DNA from: Amoebidium appalachense
Taxonomy: Eukaryota > Protista > Ichthyosporea
Direction of reading: 5' to 3'
NCBI GenBank assembly: GCA_963693365.1
Contig: CAVNZM010000001.1
Location: 5,410,907-5,474,906 of the forward strand
DNA: 64,000 nucleotides
Positions 1 to 28,122 of this stretch are shown here, in pieces; positions within the stretch are counted from its first letter, which is position 1; the number at the start of each line of letters is the position of its first letter. A model generated the notes under the pieces. It made no database searches. It was not told where the DNA came from and was given only the letters and a program-made list of their open reading frames with translations. The position numbers and the translations under genes were made by a program.

Positions 1-251
1 AGATGATGTTCTTGAAAATTAGCTGCCACTTGACTAGGATGAGCAACTGCGGGGGGGTGGGGGGGGGTGGGGGGGGGGGGTTAGGGGGGTGGAGAATGGG
101 GGTGGAGGGGAGGGGGGGGGGGGGGGGGGGAGAGGGGGAAGTGGGGGGGAGGGGAAGGGGGGGGGGGGGGGGGGGGGGATGGGTCAGTGAGGAAACTCAA
201 GAAGTTGGAGAGGCCGGCGTGGGGGAGAGGGGTAGGGTGGGTTGTGTGTGT

Positions 252-300
<49 letters not shown>

Positions 301-368
301 GTAATGCCAGAGCACTGAGTACAAGCACAAGCCGATGAAAGATAGCATTGGGGACGTGTACACTCCCT

Positions 369-412
<44 letters not shown>

Positions 413-806
413 ACCCGTTTTTTTTCTTTTCTTTTTTTTTTTTTTTTTTTTTTTTTTTTGTGGGGGGGGGGGGGGGGGGGGAGAGGGGGGGGGGGGGGGG
501 GGGGGGGGTTGTAGTTGTGCTAGTGTTTGGAAAAGGAAAAGGGAATGAACTCGATTGTAGGTAAGTTAACTGGTGGTGGTGGCGAGGAAAAAAGTACGGG
601 GGTTGGTATAAAGAATGATAAATAGAAAACATGTCGCAGAGCATGCCTAACGGAAACATAAATCTGAACAAACACAAGAGCATGCAACATCAGCAACGGA
701 ACACCCACAGGTGGTTGTCCAATGCATCGACACCAATTCAAGTTTCAACCCGTTCGTTCCCCTTTCCTGATAGACCAACTCGGTCACAGTTTCATCTGGA
801 CCCCCC

Positions 807-854
<48 letters not shown>

Positions 855-2243
855 CTGTGTGTGTGTCTGTGTGTGTGTGAGTGAGTGTGTGCGCGCACGT
901 GTGTGTGTGTGTCTGCACGCTCATCTGTTTGTGTGCGTTTGTGTGTGTGTATGTGTATGTGTGTGTAGAGGAGGGGAGGAGGAGGGAGGGGGGGGGGGGG
1001 GGGGGGGGGTGAGGGGGGTACTTACAGTTAGGGGCACAACAATGAAAGCAACAAGGCCCACAGTCAGGCATGCCTTAAAGCCGGCCTGAAGAAGCTCATC
1101 GTCCGTAAGGTTAAGGGAGCCAAACCCGAACCAGATGGGGGTGCCCACAGCCCCAAATACGGTAGCAAGGGTGTTGGTGAGGAGACACAAAGTCATAGTT
1201 TCCATTTTTGGATGTCCCAATTCCGCAAGCATGGGAGCGGCAAGAGCCACGGGGGTACCGAAGCCACTGGCGCCTTCCACCATGTAGGCAAAGGCCCAGC
1301 CAATCAGCATGATCTGAAGGGAACCAAATTAGGCAAGATGCAGAGGAGTGTAAAGTCCAAGAAAATTTACGTGAAGTAGTCAACAAAATAAAGCGGAAGT
1401 AATTCGGTAAGCAGGGAGAACACAGGAGCATGCTACAGGGGGTGATAACCACAGATATTACAGCCGGTGTGTTCGAATGCCTAAGTCTAAGTTAGCGGAT
1501 GACCGGGGGAGGGGGGGGGGGGAGGGGGGAGGGGGGAAGGGGGGGAAGGTTGAAAGGGGTGTGAAGAAAGCACTTGTAGGTATCGATACACAATAATAGC
1601 ACCTCATATTACACAGCAGAAACACGGGGACAGGCTATTTTGAGGAGGGAGGGGGGGGGGGGGGAGGGGGGGGGGGGAGGGAGGAAGGAGTGGGCGGGTG
1701 GGTGGCTGGCGGGGGAAAGAGGGGGGGGGGGGGGGGGGGGGTAATGAATGTGACGAACCTCTGCAATGGGGTGTCCTTTGCTGAGCAGTTTGAGCTCCCG
1801 CATCATCCACGGCATACACTTGGTGTGGCCCATCGTCTCAAACAGAATGATGGCCCCCCTGTAGGGCACATCGGATATGGTGAGCACGTGCCCACAAATG
1901 AACTATAGTGAACCGTGAAAAAAAAAAAAAAGGGGGGGGGGGGGGGGGGGGGGGGAGGACCCAAAAGAGGATAAGCGAAAGGGGAACCCATAACAGTTGT
2001 TGTCTGTAGCCGCTCCCCCTCCCCCCCCCCCCCCTCCCCCCGTTGTTCAGGGGAAGAGACAGCATATTAAAGGCAACGCTGAGGCATGTATAACACTACA
2101 TCCAAACATAATCTGGCTGCCCATTTGTTTTGTATACATGGGTATTCACCAAATGAACGTGCAGGTGGACTTCACCTCAATTCCCTAAGCAGAGAACACT
2201 CTAATGAGGTCATTATTGGGATATGAGAAGTAGCGAGTGATAT

Positions 2244-2288
<45 letters not shown>

Positions 2289-2652
2289 TCGTGGTGGTAC
2301 GGTCCCCACCCGTGTGGTACAAAGCATGAGGCGCAGTATACAATGCGCAGGGGATTATGTTCGTTAGTGGCATGCAAACACAACGTATGCAGGGGGGGGG
2401 GGGGGGGAGGGGGGCAAGGGTAATGGGGAGGCGCGCAGGGGGACGGGGGGGGGGGGGGGGGGGGGGGGGAGGGGGAGGGGGGAGGGGGGAGGGGGGGGGG
2501 GGGGCATACGCAACAATAGAGATGGGGGTGCAGGTATCGAGGGCTCCACTGATGATGGAAGCTGTCACGTTAATGGGTTCGGCCCCGAGGTAGGCCAGAC
2601 GGACAAGAAACATAAGCGTAGCAGCAAAGGGCAGGGACACGGTCGATTTCCT

Positions 2653-2703
<51 letters not shown>

Positions 2704-3793
2704 GGGGGGGAGGGATTGGGGTGTTATGGGTGTATTATCGTGTTTTGAGGCTGTGGGGATTGGGGATCGGGCGAGAGGATGAAGCAGAGAGGGGGAGGAA
2801 GAGAGGGAGGGGATGGTGTTGGTGGGGGTTGAGGGTGGGGAGGGGGGGGGGGGGGGGGGGGGGGGATCGGAGGTGGGGAGGGAGGGAAGATAAAATAGTT
2901 AGAGAAAGGAGTCCAGAAACTGTTCAGCGTCGTCCGTTGCGTGTAAGAATGGGGTAAAAGAAGGCCGCGTGAATTTTCGGTTTTTTTTCTTTCTTTTTTG
3001 TTATCGACATGCACACCAGGTAGATCTGTGTATTTGCTTACAGCAGTGCTCGGTTTTTTGTTTTCTTCTTTCCATTCTTCTTTTTCCGCGGGCAAGGGGG
3101 GAGATGTAGTAACCCAACAGGTGAGACACCCAACAGGAGAGACACAGTATACGTGTGGACATGAGTACACCTTCAGGTGAATACTTGTGTCTCTTTCCGT
3201 GTTGTCTCCCTGTGTATGGCGATATTGCATGCATCCAGTGCAATGACCTCGATCTGTGTGGCTTACGCGCACGAGTTCTAGTGCTGAGAGCTGGCATTCA
3301 AACACCTCTAGGCTTCAGAACTCCGGGAATATGGTGTTCCCTTCTCCCTTAGCAGTTCGTGGCCTGCTTCCTCTTCATGACTGCCCATAACGGTAATCTC
3401 TCTTCAACACAGAGTCAGCCTCCCTATATCAGTACACGCAACAACGGAAGCATGCACCATGCAGTGCCCATGCATGTTCATTTGTGTGCGACAGCAAACT
3501 TACCATGGGTTAGGAATCAAGGTCACCACTACGAGGACAAGCAGCGGCATCAGACACATGAACACCGTAAGCCCGGGTCCACCGGGGCCAATGTAGTCAC
3601 TGAGGCTTTTGCCTTCCTTTGCGCAGTAGTCAACACAGGTGCTGCAAGATTCATATCCGACACATGAAAGGTGACATAGTTGGTCTGTGCAATTTGCGGC
3701 GGCAGTGTATATGAGGGGTGGTACCAGCTCTGCTGTGCTGGTGAAGTTGCTGAAAAGCGAAGGGCTCACGTACTGGACGCTTACTGTGGCCAT
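1..3793 (-). CDS. L-lactate/glycolate permease (LctP/LldP/GlcA family), spliced, 3' end runs off the window
   Basis: GT-AG exons 3793-3504, 2650-2510, 1858-1759, 1313-1026 and 46-1 splice in frame. The translation includes ...[14 protein letters not shown]...[31 protein letters not shown]...[15 protein letters not shown], where EGxxGFGxP and FGAVGTP are LctP-family signatures. The start ATG at 3793 is inferred. Confidence 0.85.
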
Positions 3794-4637
3794 GTTGACA
3801 CAGCTGTTCTGAATCCTCCTAACAGTTATCCTCTCGATGCCATGCACTCTACAGCCTAAGTTTAGGGGTAGAAAACGTTGAGGCAGTAGACGTACTACTC
3901 TATCTGCTTCCAAAGCTCAAACCGACCTCCACCGTCCCTCCACGGTGTGTCACCTAGCGTCAACTGCAGTTTCTCTGCTTGTAAACCGCCGCGGAATCCG
4001 CGAGTATGTATGTACAACCGTACAGCCTGAAGTGAACTTGTGACATTCCTCGCTTTTTTCAAAAGAGTTTGAAAAGGACTCAAGAATGTTGAATCCATTG
4101 TTGATGTCGATTGGTGCTTTGTCATCTATTTACATTGCCTTATATGCCCAGAGATTCCAGGGGCAATAACTTAGCAAATTCGAAAGCAATTCGAAATGAG
4201 GTTTTTTGTATGGCTTCCGCACAGGGGTACAAAGAAGACAATATTCCTTATCAGCTCTGCAACTATATGAAGTTTTTGTTTGGTATTAACTGTTTATGAT
4301 GAATTAGTATACACCTTTTATATGGTGTTTTATTGAGTAGTGATTGTGATATGTGACAGAGACGGCCGCGGCGCGTGTGTGTCTGAGGCGCGGCAAGGCG
4401 CAGGTTGGGTTCTAATTGGCGAAAGTCTAGTTTAGCATCGACCAATCGCAGTTATCGTTCGTGAACGCCAATCTGATCCGCAATCTCCTGCCCTTTACTA
4501 GAAAAAGCTGATTGGTGAGATCAGGAGTAGAACCATAAAAGGCTAAATGTCATGACACTGCAGGCTCGCAGGGTGAGTGTCACTGAGTGAGCTCGAGCTG
4601 ACCTATCATGATGACCTGCGTGTGTTCAACTTTCGTG

Positions 4638-4673
<36 letters not shown>

Positions 4674-5561
4674 GTGTGTGTGCGTGCGTGTGTGTGTCAC
4701 GTGTGCACATGTGTGCGTGTGCGCGCGTGTGTGTGTGCGTGCGTACACGTGTGTGTGTGCGTGTGCGTGTTAGCCAGCCCCCCCAACCCTCCTCTTCCCC
4801 CTTGGGTGTGTGTGTGTGTGTGTGTGCTTGTCAGGTGTGTATGTGTGTGTGTGTGTTGGGGGGGGGGGGGGGGGGGGGGGGGGGGAGGTAGCAGTCAACA
4901 CACAGTTGCATAATGGCCCTCTATTATAATAATGCGTAATTATCGCATTAGGTAGCACACTGATCATGAATGCCAGCAGTATTACTGTCAGTGAGTATTT
5001 GGTGTATATACCCGTTGCATTACATTTCAGTATGTAACACCCCTTCTTGTGTTAGAAAGAAAAAGGAAGAAAGGATAATAAAAAGCACGAGAAGGTTACA
5101 CAAGCACACATGTACACCTGTTCAATTACATAATAATATTTAGTACCGGGGCCTAAATCTTTTGTGGTAAAGTTCATGCCAACCCAGCTGTAAACCAGAT
5201 TTTTGAGCTCACAAACAAAAAAAACCAGCTCCTACTACAAGGTGCCACGGTGCTGGGCTACTTGCCAGATTATTTCATTATGAGTCGCACACATTCGAAG
5301 AAGAAGGTCTCCAGAGAAAATTTGCAAATGCACAAATTCCTACTGTGCTGCTACTTGGACACAACATTGAGCATCAAAATACGCCAAACCGCACCAGAAG
5401 CAATGTTGTTATCAATGGAAAAACAAAGACGAACCGAACTAAAAATTTTAAGCCTCGGTATATGAACACACAAATCCGACAGCCTGAGTATCATAGTAGT
5501 CAACAATGTGGGACCTGGCACATGACACACGTTCCCCTTGCCGTGTATTGCCCTGGTTCTT

Positions 5562-14202
<8,641 letters not shown>

Positions 14203-16200
14203 CGCGCCTGCCTGAACACAGGAAGAGAAAGAGTAACCGGCAGCTTACTTGAAATTCCCGTAATATTTAGCTACAGTTGCTGTACATAACCACTGAACGC
14301 TCGTATTCCGGCACAGGAACACTTTTGTGGCACCCTTTTGTTGTTTGTTTACTGGGCAACTTTGTCAGCTAGAACGGCGTGTTCCATGTCCTAACCGCAC
14401 TAATCAGATTGCTGGAACACACTGTGCCACATATGGAGTGACGTCACCCTCTCAGCCCAGACCCTCACACACACAAACAAGGAAAAAAAAAAGCTTCTTT
14501 GAAACACACAATGGTAAACTAAGCACGCAAGCAGAATTGAGCCCACAAAAACTTCTGTGCGTGCCTAATTGCATATATACAAGCGGTCTTACCACTACAG
14601 CAATTTCACATTCTTGTAACAGTGCCCGCATCATATACTGCACGCTTGTATGCCTGTGTGTGTGGTATAAAACTGCGAGCCAACACAACACATGTACAGA
14701 GATCCGCACGTAAATCACTATGGAGGCGGCTAAGCCGACAGATGTACACACTTGCTGTCATCGGGCACACACCCGTGTGGCTGTGCACACCTTGCACGTA
14801 AGTGCTCACGACATCAACATGGTGGGAACCGTTATAGTATTCTAATGTAGTGGAAGTGGCGTGTGAAGGCAGGACACAGTAACGAACATAGAGAAAGGAC
14901 ATGAGTGACATTCACGTGCCACAGCGTGATGTTCCAATTGTGCCCTGCTCAGCCTGACCCCGTAACGGTTATGTGGATCACGGTTCGGCCAGCAAGGATA
15001 TTTTGGGGTAGGAAGCACGTGCAGAGAGGTGAAGAGAGAGCAGTGCATGGTGTTATCTTTCGCGGCCGGTAGCTAACTGTGTACATAGAAGAATCTGGAG
15101 TACTAGGCAGGGATGAGCGAGATGAAAGCGGGCGATTCACCGTAGAGGAGCCAAAAGGCCGTAGGTGCACGCGTAGGGGCGGATGTGAGGGGACAAGAGG
15201 GCAGTAAACGTCTTTGCCTCCCAAACAACAATCCGCTATTGCTGCCAAGGACTGGAAATTATGGGCGCTAGAAATAACGGGGGCAAATGGGGCCTGGTGC
15301 TTGTGTCTGCGGAAGGTGAAGGCAGGTAAATTAAATGGGAACCTTTCTTGACGGGAGAACTGATTGACTATTCCAATACTCTTCACATGCAAAAAACCGC
15401 TTATTACCTCGTACTTACCAGTTTGGTATAGGTAAACCTATTGCTCACGACGGCCTCCTTATCGGCAAGATGGCCTGTGGAAGCCTGGCTCAATCCAAAA
15501 CATTATCGTGTATCGCATGCACCTGTGCTTGCCAAACATGAATCTTGACTGCAAAGTGATATTGACTTAATGCTCATATAAATGATCGTGGAATCTATAT
15601 TTTTGGTGTCACTCCAAAACATCATATGCACTTGTTTTCGCATTGATAAGAACCATGGCCACAAAAACTACACACAAGAACCAGGCCACAGTAATTACAC
15701 ACAAGATGTACTGCACATCAGTACATGGTAGCTACTAGACGTACTCAGTGATGTAGTGTAAAAAGCTTGGCTCACACGAGTGACCATAATGTAGTATACA
15801 CAGTGTAGTCTTACAAAACGTAATACTTGCTCTTTGATGTCTATGGGGCACAGGTTGGTGACGTCACGTATTGAGGACTAAATTTAAGGTCTTAGCTCAC
15901 AAGCATCCCAAGGCTAAGCGGAACAAATTGTACTGCAGTGACCTCGCACTCGGCATGCTAGCATTGAAAGTGAACTAACTTATGCACACACTCTCAACCT
16001 GAGATACTTCAGTGTAGTTGCTGCTGTGTGCATGTCCATATGTGCGTGACTGGGTAGTTGCTTATTTCTGATGTTAACTCGTTATAAAACCACGGCCACA
16101 CATCCCACGCAGATCACTTCACTCTACTCCCCCGCCCCCCCCTCCCCCTCCCCCTCCTTCACCGGCTCACCTTGTGGACCTTTTTTTGCGCAACTTGAAG

Positions 16201-19386
<3,186 letters not shown>

Positions 19387-20168
19387 ATATTTGCCGGTTG
19401 TTGTAACGGGCGTCGCCATTATGCATATAGGCAATTTGTCAGTCATTTACTCTCGAAGGCAATTTTCGATTTAGGAACATACCAGTGTCTTACCTGGTAT
19501 ATTGGTAACATTAGAATATATGTAGAAAGAGGTAACAATTTGCTACTGAATATTTATGTCGGTTACATATATGTTACCAATTTTAGTATTAGTAGTTCCC
19601 GAATGTGTCTGATGTGCACGAACCCATTCTCAATATGGATTTTCAAGTTGAGGTGGGGTGGTGGTCGCCAGGGGAGGATTGTGTAGTGCATATGTTCTCG
19701 ATGATATAATCGGGTGTATTCTCTGAGAGGGGGAGCTACATTCGTGGTCTTTCGTCTTCATTTTTCTTTTGACCTCCGGGGGGTTTTTTTCGGGGGGGAG
19801 GGGGGGGGGGGGGGGGGGGGGGGGGGAGGGAGGGTAGGAAAAGGGGGGGTATGGCTTGCTTGTTTGTTATGTGTACTCTGAAGGTGCATCTGGTCATTAG
19901 ACTTGGGGCCAGCTATTAATAACGTGTCACCCGCTGTTTTCTTTCATAGTTGGCTTCGTATGGTACGTGCAAACATGCATGTACATAGCCACCCAGAACA
20001 GTACAAGCAAGTCCCCGCTGGCATGCGTTGGCGGTGCCAGGATAACAACCAGAATTTTGGCCCTAGACTTGTTCTCCCCCCCCCCCCCCTCTCCCCTCCC
20101 CCCTCCTCCAGACTTATTATGTTGCTTCCCCCCCCCCCCAAAAAAAAAAAAAAAAAAAAAAAAAAAGG

Positions 20169-20204
<36 letters not shown>

Positions 20205-21025
20205 ATAAACCACGAGGTGTACATGTGGTGCCGGTGAATATTATTGACAGTTCGAGGCCGAAGCGGCCGAATACCACACCATATACATGTGCAGGTGCCC
20301 ATGTTACAACTGCAGTGAGGCATTGTGGAATCCAATGTGGACCAGCCACTGGCATGAAAGGTTTTTATTATGAATGCGAGTCCATGTCAGGTCTCGCCCT
20401 ATAGAAGCACTTTAACGTATTGGCAGAGCTCCGAGACAAATTTTAAAGCATCCCCCCGGCCCCCCCCCCCCCCCCCCCCCCCCCGGCGCCCCCGCCCCCG
20501 CCCCGAGGCTCACTCGAGCTCCCCAAACATTTGCAGCACGAGACCTCATCTAGGACACGGCGGGTGTGCCACTCACACACAAACACATGCAAGCGCATAC
20601 GTGACACCCATGCACACACGCCAGGTACGTGCATGGCATCATTCAAAGGCACAATGCAACTTCCTTGGTTTTCAAGGTGGTCTTCATCCCCCCCCCCCCC
20701 CCCTTGCCCCCCCAAACTTCTAATATTGCAAGTACTATCAGAAGGTGCTATAGACAAAATTCCCAACGAATATATAGGTCAGCCCCCTGGCAGCCGGAGG
20801 GGTCAGGAGGAACCACCCGGGGGGGGGGGGGGGGGGGGGGGGAGGGGGGGGGGGGGGGGGGGGAGGGGGGGGTTGCTTGCCGATGCAAGTCCTAGGTTGT
20901 GGGTGAGTAGAAGATGTTGGTGTTTTTGGTTGCATAGGCTCAGTGCTTTGGATTAACCAATATTATCCCAAGAGCAACCGACGTGCTACTGGGGGTGGGA
21001 GTGGGTGGGTGGGTGGGGGGCTTCG

Positions 21026-24696
<3,671 letters not shown>

Positions 24697-26132
24697 GCTT
24701 GTGTGTGTCTGGGTGCTATCAGAGTGGGGAAAATCCTTCTCGAAAGTTTTTTCTCTGTGTAACTGCAACGGAAAGGGGTTTAGTTTCTTCCCCCTTTGTA
24801 TCGAAAAGGAGTACTGACTGGTTTGGTATACCTGTGCAGGTGAGCTTTTCAGTTTATCCATGCACCTATGAAATACACGTGGCACAGAAATACTGGTCAC
24901 AGTTACTAAGGTATCGGTGTTCACTACCTTCGTCTGTTTGGGTACAAGAGCGAAAGAACGGGAGAGTCTAACCGTGTGAAGTTTTCGTGCTCTACTGGTG
25001 TTGCACTTTTAGTGTGACAGGAGCACAAACCTAAGGCGACTCAGGGTAAAGCGCGCTTCTAGCCGCCAAAGGGAATCTGTGCGGATCAGTGAACGTCTTT
25101 TTGTATCTTTATTGGCCAGTCTGTGATCTGTGGCTGAAGTAAAGTTTATGGTAGCAACAGCTAGTGCTATACTGCAAAACAGCGTGTTTACGCAAGGGCT
25201 ATGGGTTTATTTTCGACTTCTATGCACGCAACCCCATTCAAAACCATACCCCCCCCCCCCCCCCCCCCCCCCCCCCCTGCTTCCCATCTCTAACCCCTGC
25301 ATCCACCTGTCCCCCCAACTCCCCCCCCCCCCCCCCCCCCCCCCCCACATCCCATACTCCTCCGCACCCTCACACACCTCCCAGGCCCGCCCTTCCTTTC
25401 CCGCACCTATATTCCATCAATGGTTCTAAGCGTGTCACCCCCTTACGCTCCTACTTCAACAACCACCACCATCCCCACAACAGCAACGACCTCCTCCTCG
25501 AATGATTCACTTCTACTACCAACATCACCAAAACGAGTGCAAAAGATGGCAACGACCATCGCCAAAACAACAATAAGACGAACCGTTCCCTTCACTTTTC
25601 ACACATCGAACTTCATTGGGGCCGGTAGGCTCCTTTCTACTCCACGAGATCAAATAGGAGTAGGGTTCGAAAGATCCGGACGTGGAGGAGGGGAGGGGAG
25701 GGGAGGCCGGGGTAGCTGCGAATATATGCGATTTGATTGGCTAATGGGAGGAGGGTAAACGATAAAAACGCTTTTGCCCAATCGCTGACATGGATTTTGA
25801 AGAGCAAATAAGTGGGTGTTTATAGCCCCGATAACGAACGGAGAACGGATACCGGGGACAAATACTGTAATTTGAACTTCTGGGGTGCAAAGTTTGACTT
25901 CTTTGGGGGTCTCTAAATGCGCTTAGAGACATTACGTCTATCTCGGTACCAATTGTCTAGATTGTTGCGCTGTTTGCAGAGAGCGCGGCAATACGTTTTG
26001 GGCAGCCATGGCACGTTACCACCCAGTAAAACGTAACGGGGGCACTCAGTAAACGTACTGAATTCGAAACAAACCAAGCACACTTCTTTTCAAAAGTACT
26101 TCGCGTAGCCTGTCACCTACTGAGGTGACTCG

Positions 26133-26220
26133 TATTTTTCCTTACACACACAGCGAACGGGACCGTAGAGCCGCCGCGAGAGAAAGCATGCACGCGGTCG
26201 CGAGAGTGTAAGGAAAAATA
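26133..26220. repeat. Perfect 15-bp inverted repeat
   Basis: tatttttccttacac (26133-26147) pairs with gtgtaaggaaaaata (26206-26220). Adjacent hairpin gtcacct-actg-aggtgac at 26112-26129; outer pair acgtactga/tcagtacgt at about 26053/26257. Confidence 0.8.
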
Positions 26221-26638
26221 GAGGCGAACGTGAAGTTCAAAGCAGCCCAGGCACCGTCAGTACGTGCCAGTCACGTAGCCACGTAACGGCGTTGTTGAGT
26301 CATTTGCCCACACAATATGGGTTCCCGCAAGGTTGGTTCTGGTAGTGGAATGAGGACCTGGCAGGTCGTTCTGCTCCTGTTTGCTGTTGCCCTGGGTGCA
26401 CAGGTGTGTATATGTGCATATTCCTGCCATGCATATGCATGACCTGCTGCCGGAATTCTTACCTGTGCTGCATGTGCGAACAGTTGGTGTTATATTGGCG
26501 CTGTTGTTCTTTCTTTATCTTCGTTTTCGTTTGCTTTAAAACTACAAAATTGCTGACATGCTTTTACTGTCAACTGTTTTCTCCCATCCTTATAATTCTA
26601 AAACTGTTTGTTTTCGCACATGTACGTATACACCACAG

Positions 26639-26946
26639 CTGTCGTTTCAAGGTCAGTTTTCAATTAAGGAGGCAGGTGACACCCAAGAAAGCCTTGATCT
26701 AAATGATAACCTTCCTGCCGGCCTAAATTCTGCTACGCAACAGCCGCTAGAAGCCCTTTATGCAGGCCAGATGCCATGGCAGCCCTTGCCAGGAGATGCA
26801 GGTGGGGTGGTGGGTCCACAGGTCGCGGAGGATTGGGTGGCTGAGGGCAATTACGACATCGAGGCCGCAGCTTCATTTGTTTCCGACAACAGAAACGAAG
26901 AAGGGGCGCAGCACCCATGGAGTGACCCTGCACTGGTATGTGATGT

Positions 26947-26981
<35 letters not shown>

Positions 26982-27221
26982 TGTCCCGAACGCCCGCACA
27001 CTGCACGCACTGCCACACCACCATGCACATACGCAGGCACAAACCAATAGCAGGCACGCACACATGTACATATGCAGTGTCACCTGCCAGTGCACATGCG
27101 CGCACACACACCGTTAAACTTTGTGTGCACACTGTCCTGCACACTCACAGACACACGCGCATACACACGTACACGCACAGTATGGCACACACAAACACAC
27201 ACACACACACGCACAAGCACG

Positions 27222-27262
<41 letters not shown>

Positions 27263-27399
27263 GTGTACACCCACACACCCACACACACACAGTGTCACAC
27301 ACACACACACACACTGGCACACGCATGCACACACACACTGTATGACGAGGATTCACACCAATCCGCCACCCCCTCCCCCCCCACCCTTACCCACCTCCC

Positions 27400-27430
<31 letters not shown>

Positions 27431-27803
27431 ACATACACACGTGACACACGCACACACACTCACACACAAACACACACACACACACACACCCACAGACACA
27501 CACTCACACACGCACACACACACACACACACACCCACTGTGGGCACACCCACACACACAGTCACACGTTAGGGACACACACAAATTGTAAGATAAGGATG
27601 CACACTCATATCCCCTCCCCTTCCCCACCCCTCTCCCCCCCCCTGCCCCCTTCTACCCTTTCTTCTCTGTGTGCCCCTCCCTTCCCTCCCTCGCTTATCC
27701 CCGGCCCTTGCTAGTCTGCTAGGCTTTCAAGTTTTTTACAGTCACGCATGCCGTCACGTCCGCACAAGTCACGAACAAGCGCACCAAAGGCAGGAAGCAC
27801 CGT

Positions 27804-27872
<69 letters not shown>

Positions 27873-28064
27873 ACACACACACACATAGTCACTGGGTGGC
27901 ACACAGCGTCACTGCCACACACACAATGCCAACACAAGCCTTGAGCGCATGCGGCGCTCGAACAAGCAACACTCAGGCTGAACACGCACACATGCACACA
28001 AGCAGAGTCACATGCACACCCACATGCACACCACTAGCTCCCCCCCCCCCCCCCCCCCTTTCTT

Positions 28065-28122
<58 letters not shown>

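Noticed and set aside
300-370. Possible extra permease exon (hydrophobic [13 protein letters not shown])
   Set aside because: Exon 1313-1026 already joins exon 46-1 in frame, and this island has no convincing splice sites.
14949-15392. 147-aa minus-strand ORF
   Set aside because: No motifs, no coding-like composition and no supporting exon structure.
19900-20960. Scattered complex-sequence islands that could be exons
   Set aside because: I could not build a consistent spliced frame or recognise a domain.
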